Shown: piece by piece, positions 55,846-64,000 of the stretch
Layout: each line of letters begins with the position of its first letter
Position numbering within the stretch: position 1 is the stretch's first letter
Translations under genes and position numbers: made by a program
Source of the DNA: Hyaloraphidium curvatum SAG 235-1
Taxonomy: Eukaryota; Fungi; Monoblepharomycota
DNA: 64,000 nt
Assembly (NCBI GenBank): GCA_025558095.1
Contig: JAIVFI010000019.1
Location: forward strand, 657,312 to 721,311
Direction of reading: 5' to 3'
Notes under the pieces: generated by a model
Database searches by the model: none
Seen by the model: only the letters and a program-made list of their open reading frames with translations
What the model was told of the DNA's origin: nothing

Positions 55846-56673
55846 TCACCTCGCCTCGCCGTCCGCCTTTGCCAGCGCCACCCTCTCCCTCGCCATCTCC
55901 AGCACCTCCCCCAAGCGATCCTGTTCCCAGGCCTGCCTCACGTCGTCCAGACCGTGTCCCACCCGTCCTTCCTCGCCCTCCCCGGCGGCGAGGTCCATGA
56001 ACCGCACGAGGTTCGCCCTCCTCTCCAGGTCCGCCCCGCACGCCTCCACCAAACCCCCCGCGATCTCTGCCGCCCTAGTCGGCGTCATCCCGTACGGCTC
56101 AATGGGAACGGGAGGGGCGAGGGCGCCGGGGAGCGACGACAGTCGCGCGAGGGCGCGCGCGTGCGAGGCGAGCGCCGCGCGCACCGCGGGGAAAGACTGC
56201 GGCGGGCCACCGCCGCGCTTCTTCGTCTTGTCCGGTGTCCGCGAGGGGGTTTCCGCCGCCGCATCGTCGGCGTCGTCCGCGCCCTCGGCCGAAGACGCGT
56301 TCGCCCCGGACGCGTCCCCGTTCGCGGGCCGGCCGACCCCGACCACCGCGCGCAGCTCTCTCAGCACGCCGTCCATCCGCGCCAGCACCTTCGCCGCCGT
56401 GCGCTCCGCGAGGTCCGGGAACTCCTCCATCACCGGCAGCTTCCCGTCCTCGGCGGGGGGGAGGAAGTGCGCGACGTCGTCCAGCCGCGAGGCGAGCGCC
56501 GCGAGGGACTCGAGGAGCGCGGAGCAGCGCGCGACGAGAACGGAGTAGGCGGAGCTGGTGGCGAGGATGCGGTCTAGGAGCGCGTGGACGGGGGAGGAGG
56601 GGGGCATCGCACGGGGGCTCTGCTTACTTGCTACAGACAGCTCCCCCGCGGATCCCCGCGATCCCGGATCCAC
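55846..56673 (-). CDS. Hypothetical helical protein
   Basis: Long ORF with amphipathic-helix composition; start may be MPPSS at ~56607. Confidence 0.45.
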   Translation of the reverse strand: MDPGSRGSAGELSVASKQSPRAMPPSSPVHALLDRILATSSAYSVLVARCSALLESLAALASRLDDVAHFLPPAEDGKLPVMEEFPDLAERTAAKVLARMDGVLRELRAVVGVGRPANGDASGANASSAEGADDADDAAAETPSRTPDKTKKRGGGPPQSFPAVRAALASHARALARLSSLPGALAPPVPIEPYGMTPTRAAEIAGGLVEACGADLERRANLVRFMDLAAGEGEEGRVGHGLDDVRQAWEQDRLGEVLEMARERVALAKADGEAR

Positions 56674-57028
56674 GACGCAGACCGTTTGCGCATCGCACCC
56701 GTCGCACAGGTGCCACTACCGGCCGACTGCCCGGATGGCCGTTCTGGAGGGCCCCGCGGGTCCGCGGGAAGGATTTCCGAGGTTGCGAAGCTTCCCACGA
56801 CGTGGCCTCAAGAAGTCGCCCACAGTCCCGCCGGAATCCGGGAAGCTAGATGCAGCCGCGAGCTTGGCCGTCGCGGCAAGCACATCGGCTCGTTCAAGGG
56901 CGCGATGCATACCTCGAACGGCCCCCCGCGCCACTTCCTCGCGATCGGGCCCCGTGCGTCCCTACCTGTCTTGCCGATCGAATCCGCGTCCGAGCAAGAT
57001 TCGGGGCGAGGACGGGCGCCCCACCCCG

Positions 57029-57681
57029 ATCGCCGACCGCGTCAAGGCTTCGCTCTCGAGCCCCGAGGCACAGGCCAAGCTCGAGCAGCTTCGCGAGAAG
57101 CTCAATGGCCTGGACAAGGAGAAGCTCCGCGAGGGGCTGCAGCACCTCGACGAGGAGCTCGACAAGCCCGAGAATCAGGAGAAGCTCGGCAAGCTCAAGG
57201 AGGCGCTGTCGAACCTGGACAAGGACAAGCTGAAGGCGGGCCTGCAAGAGGCCCTCGGCGGGGCGTCGGCGGCGTCGGCCAAGCAGAGCATCAAGGACAG
57301 GCTCGAGCAGCTGCAGGTCACCGAGGAGGGCCGCGCCCAGCTGCAGGGTACGTTTGCCGGCCGTCGTCATTCGAGGCTCTGCTGACGGTGCTTTCCCCCC
57401 GATCAGAGATCGCTGACCGCGTCTAGGCATCCCTGCAGAGCCCCGAGGCGCAGGCCAAGCTCCAGCAGCTCCGCGAGAAGCTCGGCAGCCTCGACAAGGA
57501 CAAGCTCCGCGAGGGGCTGCAGCACCTCGACGAGGAGCTCGAGAAGCCCGAGAACCAGCAGAAGCTGGGCAAGCTGAAGGAGGCGCTGGCCATCATGGAC
57601 CAGGAGAAGCTGAAGGCCGGGCTGCAGAACATGAAGGAGGCGCTGCAGCAGGCGGCGGCGGCCCAGGGGGAGTCAAAATAG
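57029..57681 (+). CDS. Helical tandem-repeat protein (two ~72-aa units); in-frame TAG at 57424; 5' end unresolved
   Basis: Unit IADRVKASLSSPEAQAKLEQLREKL..LDKEKLREGLQHLDEELDKPENQEKLGKLKEAL..LDKDKLKAGLQ recurs after intron 57348-57406. Confidence 0.6.
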
Positions 57682-57801
57682 GCACGGAACGCTGACATCC
57701 TCTCATGTCAATAACAATAGATTGCTTTTACTCGTACATGCTGCTGACCCCGTACGCGCTCGCGTCGCGGTGCGCCTGTAACCACCGCGTCGCCGCTCTC
57801 G

Positions 57802-59864
57802 TCAGCACGCCGCAGGCGACACCTCCCGCATCCACCCCTCCAACCTCGCGTGCAGCACCTTCTCCCCAGCCAAAACCACGTCCCCCAGCCGCGCAGAGGC
57901 GAGGTCCGGCAGGGCCGGGCGGTGCGCCGGCGCGGCCGGGAGCAGCGCTTCGGCGAGGGCCTGGCGGTAGCGCCGGGAAACATGGCGTTCTGAGAACAGA
58001 GGGGAAAGTACGTCAGGGAGCTCGATGAGCGGGGACGTGGGGCTTTCTTACCGGGGTTGAGGAACCTGGACTCCTCGAAAGCGACGGCAAAGTCGGCCGT
58101 CTCGAGCGCACCCGCGGCCCATCCGGCCGCCGTGGGCAGCCCGGCGGCCACGCACATGCGCGCCGCGGCGAGCTGCACCCCCGCGACTGTGGTCGCAGTC
58201 AGCGTGCACAGCTCGGAGAGCATGTCGAAGGAGGGGTCGGCACGGCGCAAAGCCGACAGCAGGCGCGAGGCAATCAGCGCGCGCGCGAGGGTCGTGACGA
58301 AGGCGTCAGAGGCCAGGAAGGCGCCAGAGGGGGCCAAAGGGCCGTTGTCGCGGTCCGCCGGGGCGGAGATTGGGCCGAGCTCCGGGCCGGCCGAGGTGAA
58401 GTGAGCCCCGGTGCACAGCACAAAGATGTGCACGTAAGGGTCCAGGAAGGCGAGGCACTGCGGCACGTCCTGGAACCAGGTTTGGTGCGCGGCGATCAAG
58501 GGAAGCGGGTCGCCGTCGGCCAGGGCGTCGCCGACAGATTGTGGCAAGGAGCGAGGCAAAGCGTCGGCAATGGCGTCGAGGACGGCGGCGCGAGCCCGGA
58601 ACTCGGCCTCGAGGGGCGAATCGAGCGAGGCGTCCTGCACGGCCACCCTGATTGGGTCGACATCCCGATCGCGCACGAGGGCCCGCATTGCGCACCGCGT
58701 CTCCAGCACCGCGTGGCCGAGGAGGTGCAGTGCGAGGCTCGAGGCACGGCCGTCAAAGATAGGGGCCACGCAGCCGGAAACCAGCTCGCGTGCAAAAGAG
58801 GCCGACTTCTGGGCCAGCGAGACGACGGGCCCAGGGATCTCGGGAGTGGGAGTTGCGGCGCGGAGAGTCACAACGGCGGGGAACGACATGGCCGGCGCAA
58901 TCTGTGGGGCACGGGCTGGCGAGGGGTCCACCGCCGAATGCTGCATGAACGGGGTGCCCGACAGAGACCCCGAGAGGGACGGCGTGGTTGCCAATCCCCC
59001 GGACCCGTCGCGGGCATCCACCGGCAGGGTAAACCGGGCCTCGGAAACGGGGAGGGTGAGGCGCTCGCCGTACGCGGCGTCGCACGAGTAGCGCGGCCTC
59101 CCCGAGACGAGAGCCAGGGCGCCGTCGACGGCCGAGGAGACGAGCAGCACGCGGGTCATCATCTCGCTGGCGAGCCAGGCGGCGGGGTCGGCATCGGGAA
59201 CCCTGGGGCGCGCCCGCACGGCGGCCGAGGCGATTCGGATGGCCGCGTCGAACAGCGGACGGCACGCGACGTGCTCCAAGGCCGCCGCCACGGTGACGAA
59301 CATGATGAATCCAGTTTGGGCGACTTCGAGGTCCGACGGGGTCCCGGCTAGCAGTGCGTCTCGCGAGCGGGCAACCAGGGCCAGCGTGGCAGAGCGCAGG
59401 GCGGGCGCAGGTGCAGCGCGAGGGCCGAAGGCGAGGCCGTGGGCGGCCATGGCGAGGAGCAGAGCCGAGGGTGTGCGGCCCCACGGCGAGGGGCCACCGC
59501 CGAGCGCCGCCTCGAAGGCAGGTTTGTGAACAAGAGGCCGAAGTACGTTGGCGGCGCCGAAGAAGCCGGTCAGTCCCGCCAGCACGATGTTGTGCGGCGC
59601 CGGCGACTCGGCGGGCGCCACCGGGATTGAAACCACGGGGAGCGCCTCCCCCGCGGGCATCGGCGGCGACGACTCCACGTCCGCCCCCGCCGCTTCCTTC
59701 GCGGCACGCTGAGCCGCCTCCCGGGCACGCCGCGGCACACCGTCGCCGACCTGTGCCTCGCAGACAAGGCCGAGACGGCGGCAGCGGGCACATCCTGCTC
59801 TTCCCTTGCGCTCGCAGCGCTTTTTCCTGAAAGAACAAATCTGGCACGCCTGCTCGGCTGGCAT
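57802..59864 (-). CDS. Zn(II)2Cys6 transcription factor with middle-homology region
   Basis: ACQICSFRKKRCE....CARCRRLGLVC; FFGAANVLRPLVHKPAF; LEVAQ; one intron near 57990-58051. Confidence 0.85.
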
Positions 59865-60594
59865 TTTGTCGAGAGCGAGTTCTTGGGGGTGCGGATGCGA
59901 CTCACAGGGAGCCGTGGCCCGATCGGCTGTCCTCGGTCTGGACCGTTCTGGAGCGACCGAAGGGCGTTGCGGCTCGTCGGCTGTCCCACCTAACGCCCTC
60001 TCGCCACGATGAGACCTGGCCGGACCCACTTCCACCAGATAGCCGATTTGGCACTGCGGGCACCGTGAAACCCTTGCATGGGCGGTGCGGAGCCGCGCTC
60101 CTCTTCCGCTCGCATCCGACACGCACCGCCACGCTCCATCACCGATCTAGCTCCGCTGAAAACTATGCCGCACCCGCTGCGACGCGAACCTGAGCACTAG
60201 CTGTAGAAGCGGAATAACTCCCGTGATCCTCACCTTCATTGGGGTCCCAGCCCCCAGGCCGGGTCGGGGCAAGTTGTCGAAGTCGCCATACACACTTCTG
60301 ACTCCACCTGGAGAATGACGTATGAGGACGTGTTGCCCCGTCGCCACCAGTTTGCCACCAGTGCCCCGCCCTGGGACGCGCCTCGCCGCCTGGCATGACC
60401 CATGCGCGTGTCCTCTGACGCCTGCTGGGCCGTGCATGGACGCGGTTTTGCGCGGCGAAGTCCGTGCTGGACCCGGACCAGATCTCTATCACAGGCGCTG
60501 AGCGCCCCCCAACCCCGATACATCACGTCACGCCATATACATTGAATTCGGGGAAGAGGGGAGGGGTTAGATGTCCGCCAAGCTGCCGGGTACA

Positions 60595-60807
60595 TGTCAG
60601 GGACGCGTAAGCACTGAGAGTTTCCAGCGGCTTCTCGCAAGTTCGATCCAGACTGCGCCTCAACTTGCGCGGCTCGGACTATATAAACCCATAGATCTCC
60701 ACATGTATTCCCCGAACGTTCGGATAGAGTTACAAGCCCTCGTACTCCGTGCTCCCGTTCTCCGTGCCCTGCAGGCCAGTACTGGTCTCCCACGGCCTCT
60801 CCTGACA
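60595..60807 (+). repeat. 5' LTR (213 bp)
   Basis: TGTCAGG...CCTGACA 7-bp terminal inverted repeat; TATATAAA at 60680-60687; immediately followed by the PBS. The left edge cannot be confirmed without a 3' LTR. Confidence 0.7.
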
Positions 60808-60808
60808 T

Positions 60809-60822
60809 TATCCGAACGTTCG
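60809..60822 (+). promoter_or_regulatory. Self-priming primer-binding site
   Basis: TATCCGAACGTTCG is the exact reverse complement of CGAACGTTCGGATA at 60713-60726, which lies ~25 nt downstream of the TATA box. Confidence 0.8.
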
Positions 60823-60847
60823 CCCCCGAAACCCGACACCCTGAACC

Positions 60848-61870
60848 ATGAACGCCGAAATGCTCATGGCCCAGATGGCGGCCCAGATGGAGCAGCAACA
60901 GATCATGAACCAGCAACTCCTGGCCGTCATCCAGCACCTCCAAGATCAGCCTCCGCCACCACTGCCGCAGCCGGCCCCGCCGGCCCCGGCGGCCCCGGCA
61001 GCCCCGGTAGCCCGCGACACGCGGGTCAAGGTCGCGGCTCCCGACCGCTTCGACGGCAACCGTACCAAGCTCCGCGGCTTCCTCGCCCAAGTTCAGCTCA
61101 ACTTCGAGGCCAACCCGGCCGCTTTCGAGGAAGACCGCCGCAAGACCACCTTCGTCGGCAGCTACCTCGGAGGCACCGCCCTCGAGTGGTTCACGCCGCT
61201 GCTCGAGAACGCCGACGAGATCCTCGACAATTACGAGCTCTTCGTTGAGCGGCTCAAGCAGATGTTCGGCGACGCAGACGAAGCCCGCCGCGCCGAGTCG
61301 GCCATCAAGAAGCTGGCCCAGAAGGGCTCCGCCGCCGACTACGCCGCCAAATTCCAGCTGCTTGCCGTGAAGACCCAGTGGGGCGAACGTGCGCTCATGG
61401 CGCAGTTCCGCGCGGGCCTTCGCGACGACGTGCTCGACCACCTTGTCAACCGCAACGAACCCGCGGACCTGGCGGAGCTCATTCGGCAGGCCATCAACTC
61501 CGACGACATCCTCTATCGCCGCCGGCAGGAGAAGCAGGACCGCGCAGGAGCCCGGCCGCAAGTTCCGCCGGGCCGCGCTCCGATCACCCCGCCGTGCTCA
61601 ACACCAAACAATGGCCCGGTCCCCATGGATCTCGGGGCCACAACCTTTAGCAAGGGCCCGCTGACCGCCGAGGAACGACAGCGCCGCATCGCGGCAGACT
61701 TGTGCCTCTACTGCGGGAAGACCGGCCACAAGATTCGCGAGTGCAAGGCTCGCTTGCAAAGCGAGCAGAAGCTCTCCGCAATGTCAACCTCCAACAACAA
61801 CACCGACTCGCCCGGGCCGCAGGCCGGACCGGCGGGAAACGGACGGACCCTGCCTTCTACTCGGGGGTAG
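60848..61870 (+). CDS. gag: Retrotransposon Gag (capsid plus CCHC zinc knuckle)
   Basis: PDRFDG.R..LRGF, SYLGG.A..W, QKGSAADYAAKF, FRAGL, PMDLG, CLYCGKTGHKIREC. Confidence 0.95.
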   Translation: MNAEMLMAQMAAQMEQQQIMNQQLLAVIQHLQDQPPPPLPQPAPPAPAAPAAPVARDTRVKVAAPDRFDGNRTKLRGFLAQVQLNFEANPAAFEEDRRKTTFVGSYLGGTALEWFTPLLENADEILDNYELFVERLKQMFGDADEARRAESAIKKLAQKGSAADYAAKFQLLAVKTQWGERALMAQFRAGLRDDVLDHLVNRNEPADLAELIRQAINSDDILYRRRQEKQDRAGARPQVPPGRAPITPPCSTPNNGPVPMDLGATTFSKGPLTAEERQRRIAADLCLYCGKTGHKIRECKARLQSEQKLSAMSTSNNNTDSPGPQAGPAGNGRTLPSTRG

Positions 61871-61885
61871 AGCAGGATGACCCGG
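61834..61885 (+). promoter_or_regulatory. -1 programmed ribosomal frameshift signal (G GGA AAC plus pseudoknot)
   Basis: Slippery heptamer 61834-61840 in gag phase; 8-nt spacer; stem 61849-61860 with 61867-61876; loop UCGGG pairs with CCCGG at 61881-61885; pol is in the -1 frame. Confidence 0.8.
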
Positions 61886-63834
61886 ACCCTCCCGAGCGTG
61901 GCGACGACTCGTCGGAAGAGCCGACCATCGGCCGCCATGAACCCCAGCGCGTATTCCCTGTCACCTTCGTCTTCCACCATCGGCAACTACCTGTAACGGC
62001 TTTACTGGACCCTGGAGCAACCGGATTTTTCATGGACTATGACTTTTGTCGGCGCGCCCGGCTGCCTTTTCGCCGCGCCCCGACCCCCGGCACTGTACGA
62101 GCGGTCGACGGACACGCCATCCATGACGGCGCCGTCGAGACCCTGTACGAAACTGCCCCGATCCCGGTCGTCATCGGACCCCACGCGGACCGGATCTGCT
62201 TCAACCTGATTCGCTCTCCCGACCAACCCGTCATCATTGGCATGCCCTACTTGAAGGCGAAGAGCGTTGTGCCCTCGCCGGATTGGGACCGGCTGATTTT
62301 CCCCGACGGGACTTCGGTGGAGCTTTTTCCGACGTCACAGGCGGATTCTGCTTCCTCTGTGGACGTGCAGCTACTTTCGGCCATGGACTTCGCGCAGGAG
62401 GCCCAAGGACACTTTGTTTATGTGGCCATCGTGCTCCCTGCCGACCTCAAGCCCCCGCCGAAGGCCACGGGCGTCCTGCCCGACAAGTACGCCGAGTACA
62501 CCGAGATCTTCAGCGAGCAGGAGGCCACCAGGCTCCCGCCTCATCGGCAGTACGATTGCGAGATCGACCTGCTCCCGGGCACGAACCCGCCCTTCAAGCC
62601 GATCCATAACCTCTCCCCGAAGGAGCTCGAGGCGTTGCGCGAGTACCTGGCGACGCAGCTCGAGAAGGGTTGGATCCGCCCCTCGACCAGTTCCGCTGGC
62701 GCCCCTGTCGTCTTCTTCAAGAAACCGGACGGCTCTCTCCGCGTGGCCATCGACTACCGTGGCCTGAACTCGATCACCGTCAAGAACCGGTACCCGCTGC
62801 CCCTGATATCCGAGCTTCTGGACCGACTTAAGGATGCCAAGATCTTCACCAAGCTCGACCTCCGCGTAGGCTACAACAACGTTCGCATCCGCGACGGCGA
62901 CGAGTGGAAGACCGCCTTCCGCACGCGCTACGGCCTATTCGAGTTCCTCGTCATGCCGCTCGGGCTCAGGAACGCGCCCGCGGCATTTCAGCACTTCATG
63001 AACGACGTCTTCCGCGACGTCCTCGACCAGTTCGTCGTCATCTACCTGGACGATATCTTGATCTTCAGCAAGGACCCTCGCGAGCACGAGCGTCATGTAC
63101 GGCTCGTTCTCCAACGACTTCGCGAGCAGACCCTCTTCTGCAAGCTTGAGAAGTGCTCGTTCGAGCAGGACTCGGTGGTCTTCCTCGGTTTCGTCGTCTC
63201 CGTGGACGGTATCAGCATGGACAGCTCCAAGATTCAGACGATCCTCGACTGGAAGCCCCCGGCGTCGGTGCGCGACGTCCAGGTGTTCCTCGGCTTCGCG
63301 CAGTTCTACCGCCGCTTCATCAAGGACTTTGCCGCGATCATCAAGCCCATCACCGACCTCACACGCAGCTCGTCTTGCTCCTCGTTCTCCTGGACGCCGG
63401 CCGCGGCCGCAGCCTTCGACTGGCTCAAGGTCGCCTTCTGCTCCGCCCCGGTGCTCGCCCACCCCGACTTCGACAAGCCGTTCGTCGTGGAGACGGACGC
63501 ATCGGACTATGCCATCGGCATGGTCCTCTCGCAGCCCGGAATGGACCCCAAGAACTTGCACCCGGTCGCATTCCTTTCTCGGAAACTCAACGACGCCGAG
63601 ATCAACTACGACACCTTCGACAAGGAAGCTCTTGCCGTCTACGAGGCCTTCGAGGCCTGGCGGCACTACCTGGAGGGCTCTCCGCACCCCGTCACGGTCT
63701 TCACCGACCACTCGAACCTACAGTACCTGACAAGCACCCGTACCCTCTCGCGGCGCGAGGCCCGTTGGGCCTTGTACCTTTCGCAGTTCCGTATAAATCT
63801 TGTCGTGCGACCAGGACGCAAGAACTTAGGTTAG
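61840..63834 (+). CDS. pol: Retrotransposon Pol (protease, reverse transcriptase, truncated RNase H)
   Basis: LLDPGATG; DYRGLN, YPLP, WKTAFRTRYG, MPLGL.NAP, YLDD; ETDASD, KEALA, TDHSNL. Ends RPGRKN, then telomere-derived LG*. Confidence 0.95.
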   Translation, partial: RTDPAFYSGVEQDDPDPPERGDDSSEEPTIGRHEPQRVFPVTFVFHHRQLPVTALLDPGATGFFMDYDFCRRARLPFRRAPTPGTVRAVDGHAIHDGAVETLYETAPIPVVIGPHADRICFNLIRSPDQPVIIGMPYLKAKSVVPSPDWDRLIFPDGTSVELFPTSQADSASSVDVQLLSAMDFAQEAQGHFVYVAIVLPADLKPPPKATGVLPDKYAEYTEIFSEQEATRLPPHRQYDCEIDLLPGTNPPFKPIHNLSPKELEALREYLATQLEKGWIRPSTSSAGAPVVFFKKPDGSLRVAIDYRGLNSITVKNRYPLPLISELLDRLKDAKIFTKLDLRVGYNNVRIRDGDEWKTAFRTRYGLFEFLVMPLGLRNAPAAFQHFMNDVFRDVLDQFVVIYLDDILIFSKDPREHERHVRLVLQRLREQTLFCKLEKCSFEQDSVVFLGFVVSVDGISMDSSKIQTILDWKPPASVRDVQVFLGFAQFYRRFIKDFAAIIKPITDLTRSSSCSSFSWTPAAAAAFDWLKVAFCSAPVLAHPDFDKPFVVETDASDYAIGMVLSQPGMDPKNLHPVAFLSRKLNDAEINYDTFDKEALAVYEAFEAWRHYLEGSPHPVTVFTDHSNLQYLTSTRTLSRREARWALYLSQFRINLVVRPGRKNLG

Positions 63835-64000
63835 GTTAGGTTAGGTTAGGTTAGGTTAGGTTAGGTTAGGTTAGGGTTAGGTTAGGTTAGGTTAGGTTAG
63901 GTTAGGTTAGGTTAGGTTAGGTTAGGTTTAGGTTAGGTTAGGTTAGGTTAGGTTAGGTTAGGTTAGGTTAGGTTAGGTTAGGTTAGTTAGGTTAGGTTAG
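63826..64000 (+). repeat. Telomeric repeat array (TTAGG)n
   Basis: About 35 units running to the window end, G-rich strand oriented outward, with single TTAGGG, TTTAGG and TTAG variants. Confidence 0.95.

Larger units (their letters stand above)
60595..63825 (+). mobile_element. Ty3/gypsy LTR retrotransposon (Tf1/sushi-like), 3'-truncated at the telomere
   Basis: 5' LTR, PBS, gag and pol (PR-RT-partial RNase H). No integrase, polypurine tract or 3' LTR. Confidence 0.95.

Noticed and set aside
60202-60594. Second LTR or longer LTR (TGTA...TACA ends; purine run 60550-60567)
   Set aside because: Only a 4-bp inverted repeat, no target-site duplication, and the purine run is not adjacent to the LTR edge. 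It cannot be supported without other copies.
61868-61870. Gag stop-codon readthrough
   Set aside because: Pol is in a different (-1) frame and a canonical slippery site precedes the stop.
60595-64000. Telomere-targeting retroelement (TRAS/SART/HeT-A/MoTeR-like)
   Set aside because: The element is LTR-type, has no telomeric repeats on its proximal side, and is truncated mid-domain.
1-64000. Hundreds of long Arg/Pro/Gly/Ala-rich ORFs overlapping real genes
   Set aside because: These are shadow ORFs expected from high GC and GC3 bias; they lack motifs and overlap better-supported frames.
1-64000. CRISPR arrays, rRNA, tRNA or prokaryotic operons
   Set aside because: None seen. Spliceosomal introns and the telomere show the DNA is eukaryotic.

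Overview
GC-rich (about 70% by eye), gene-dense eukaryotic DNA with many short GT-AG introns (mostly 50-70 nt, often with CTGAC/CTRAC branch points). Zn2Cys6 transcription factors and a CBM18-bearing chitin deacetylase point to a fungus; an early-diverging, chytrid-like lineage is my inference. The window is a chromosome end: about 30 genes or pseudogenes run to within ~4 kb of the terminus, followed by a Ty3/gypsy retrotransposon of Tf1/sushi type. The element has a self-priming 5' LTR and a G_GGA_AAC -1 frameshift site with a pseudoknot. It is cut inside RNase H and capped directly by (TTAGG)n repeats, which looks like a healed chromosome break. Other notable items: a candidate 7TM-ion-channel/gustatory-receptor-like gene, a signal-peptide-bearing protein kinase, a 543-nt self-complementary intron in a fatty-acid elongase gene, and an intronless bacterial-like block containing a GHMP kinase-nucleotidyltransferase fusion. 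There are also tandem paralogs showing gene conversion and intron gain/loss, and an inverted relic of the chitin deacetylase gene 13 kb from its source. Spliced gene models were assembled by eye and no database searches were run.
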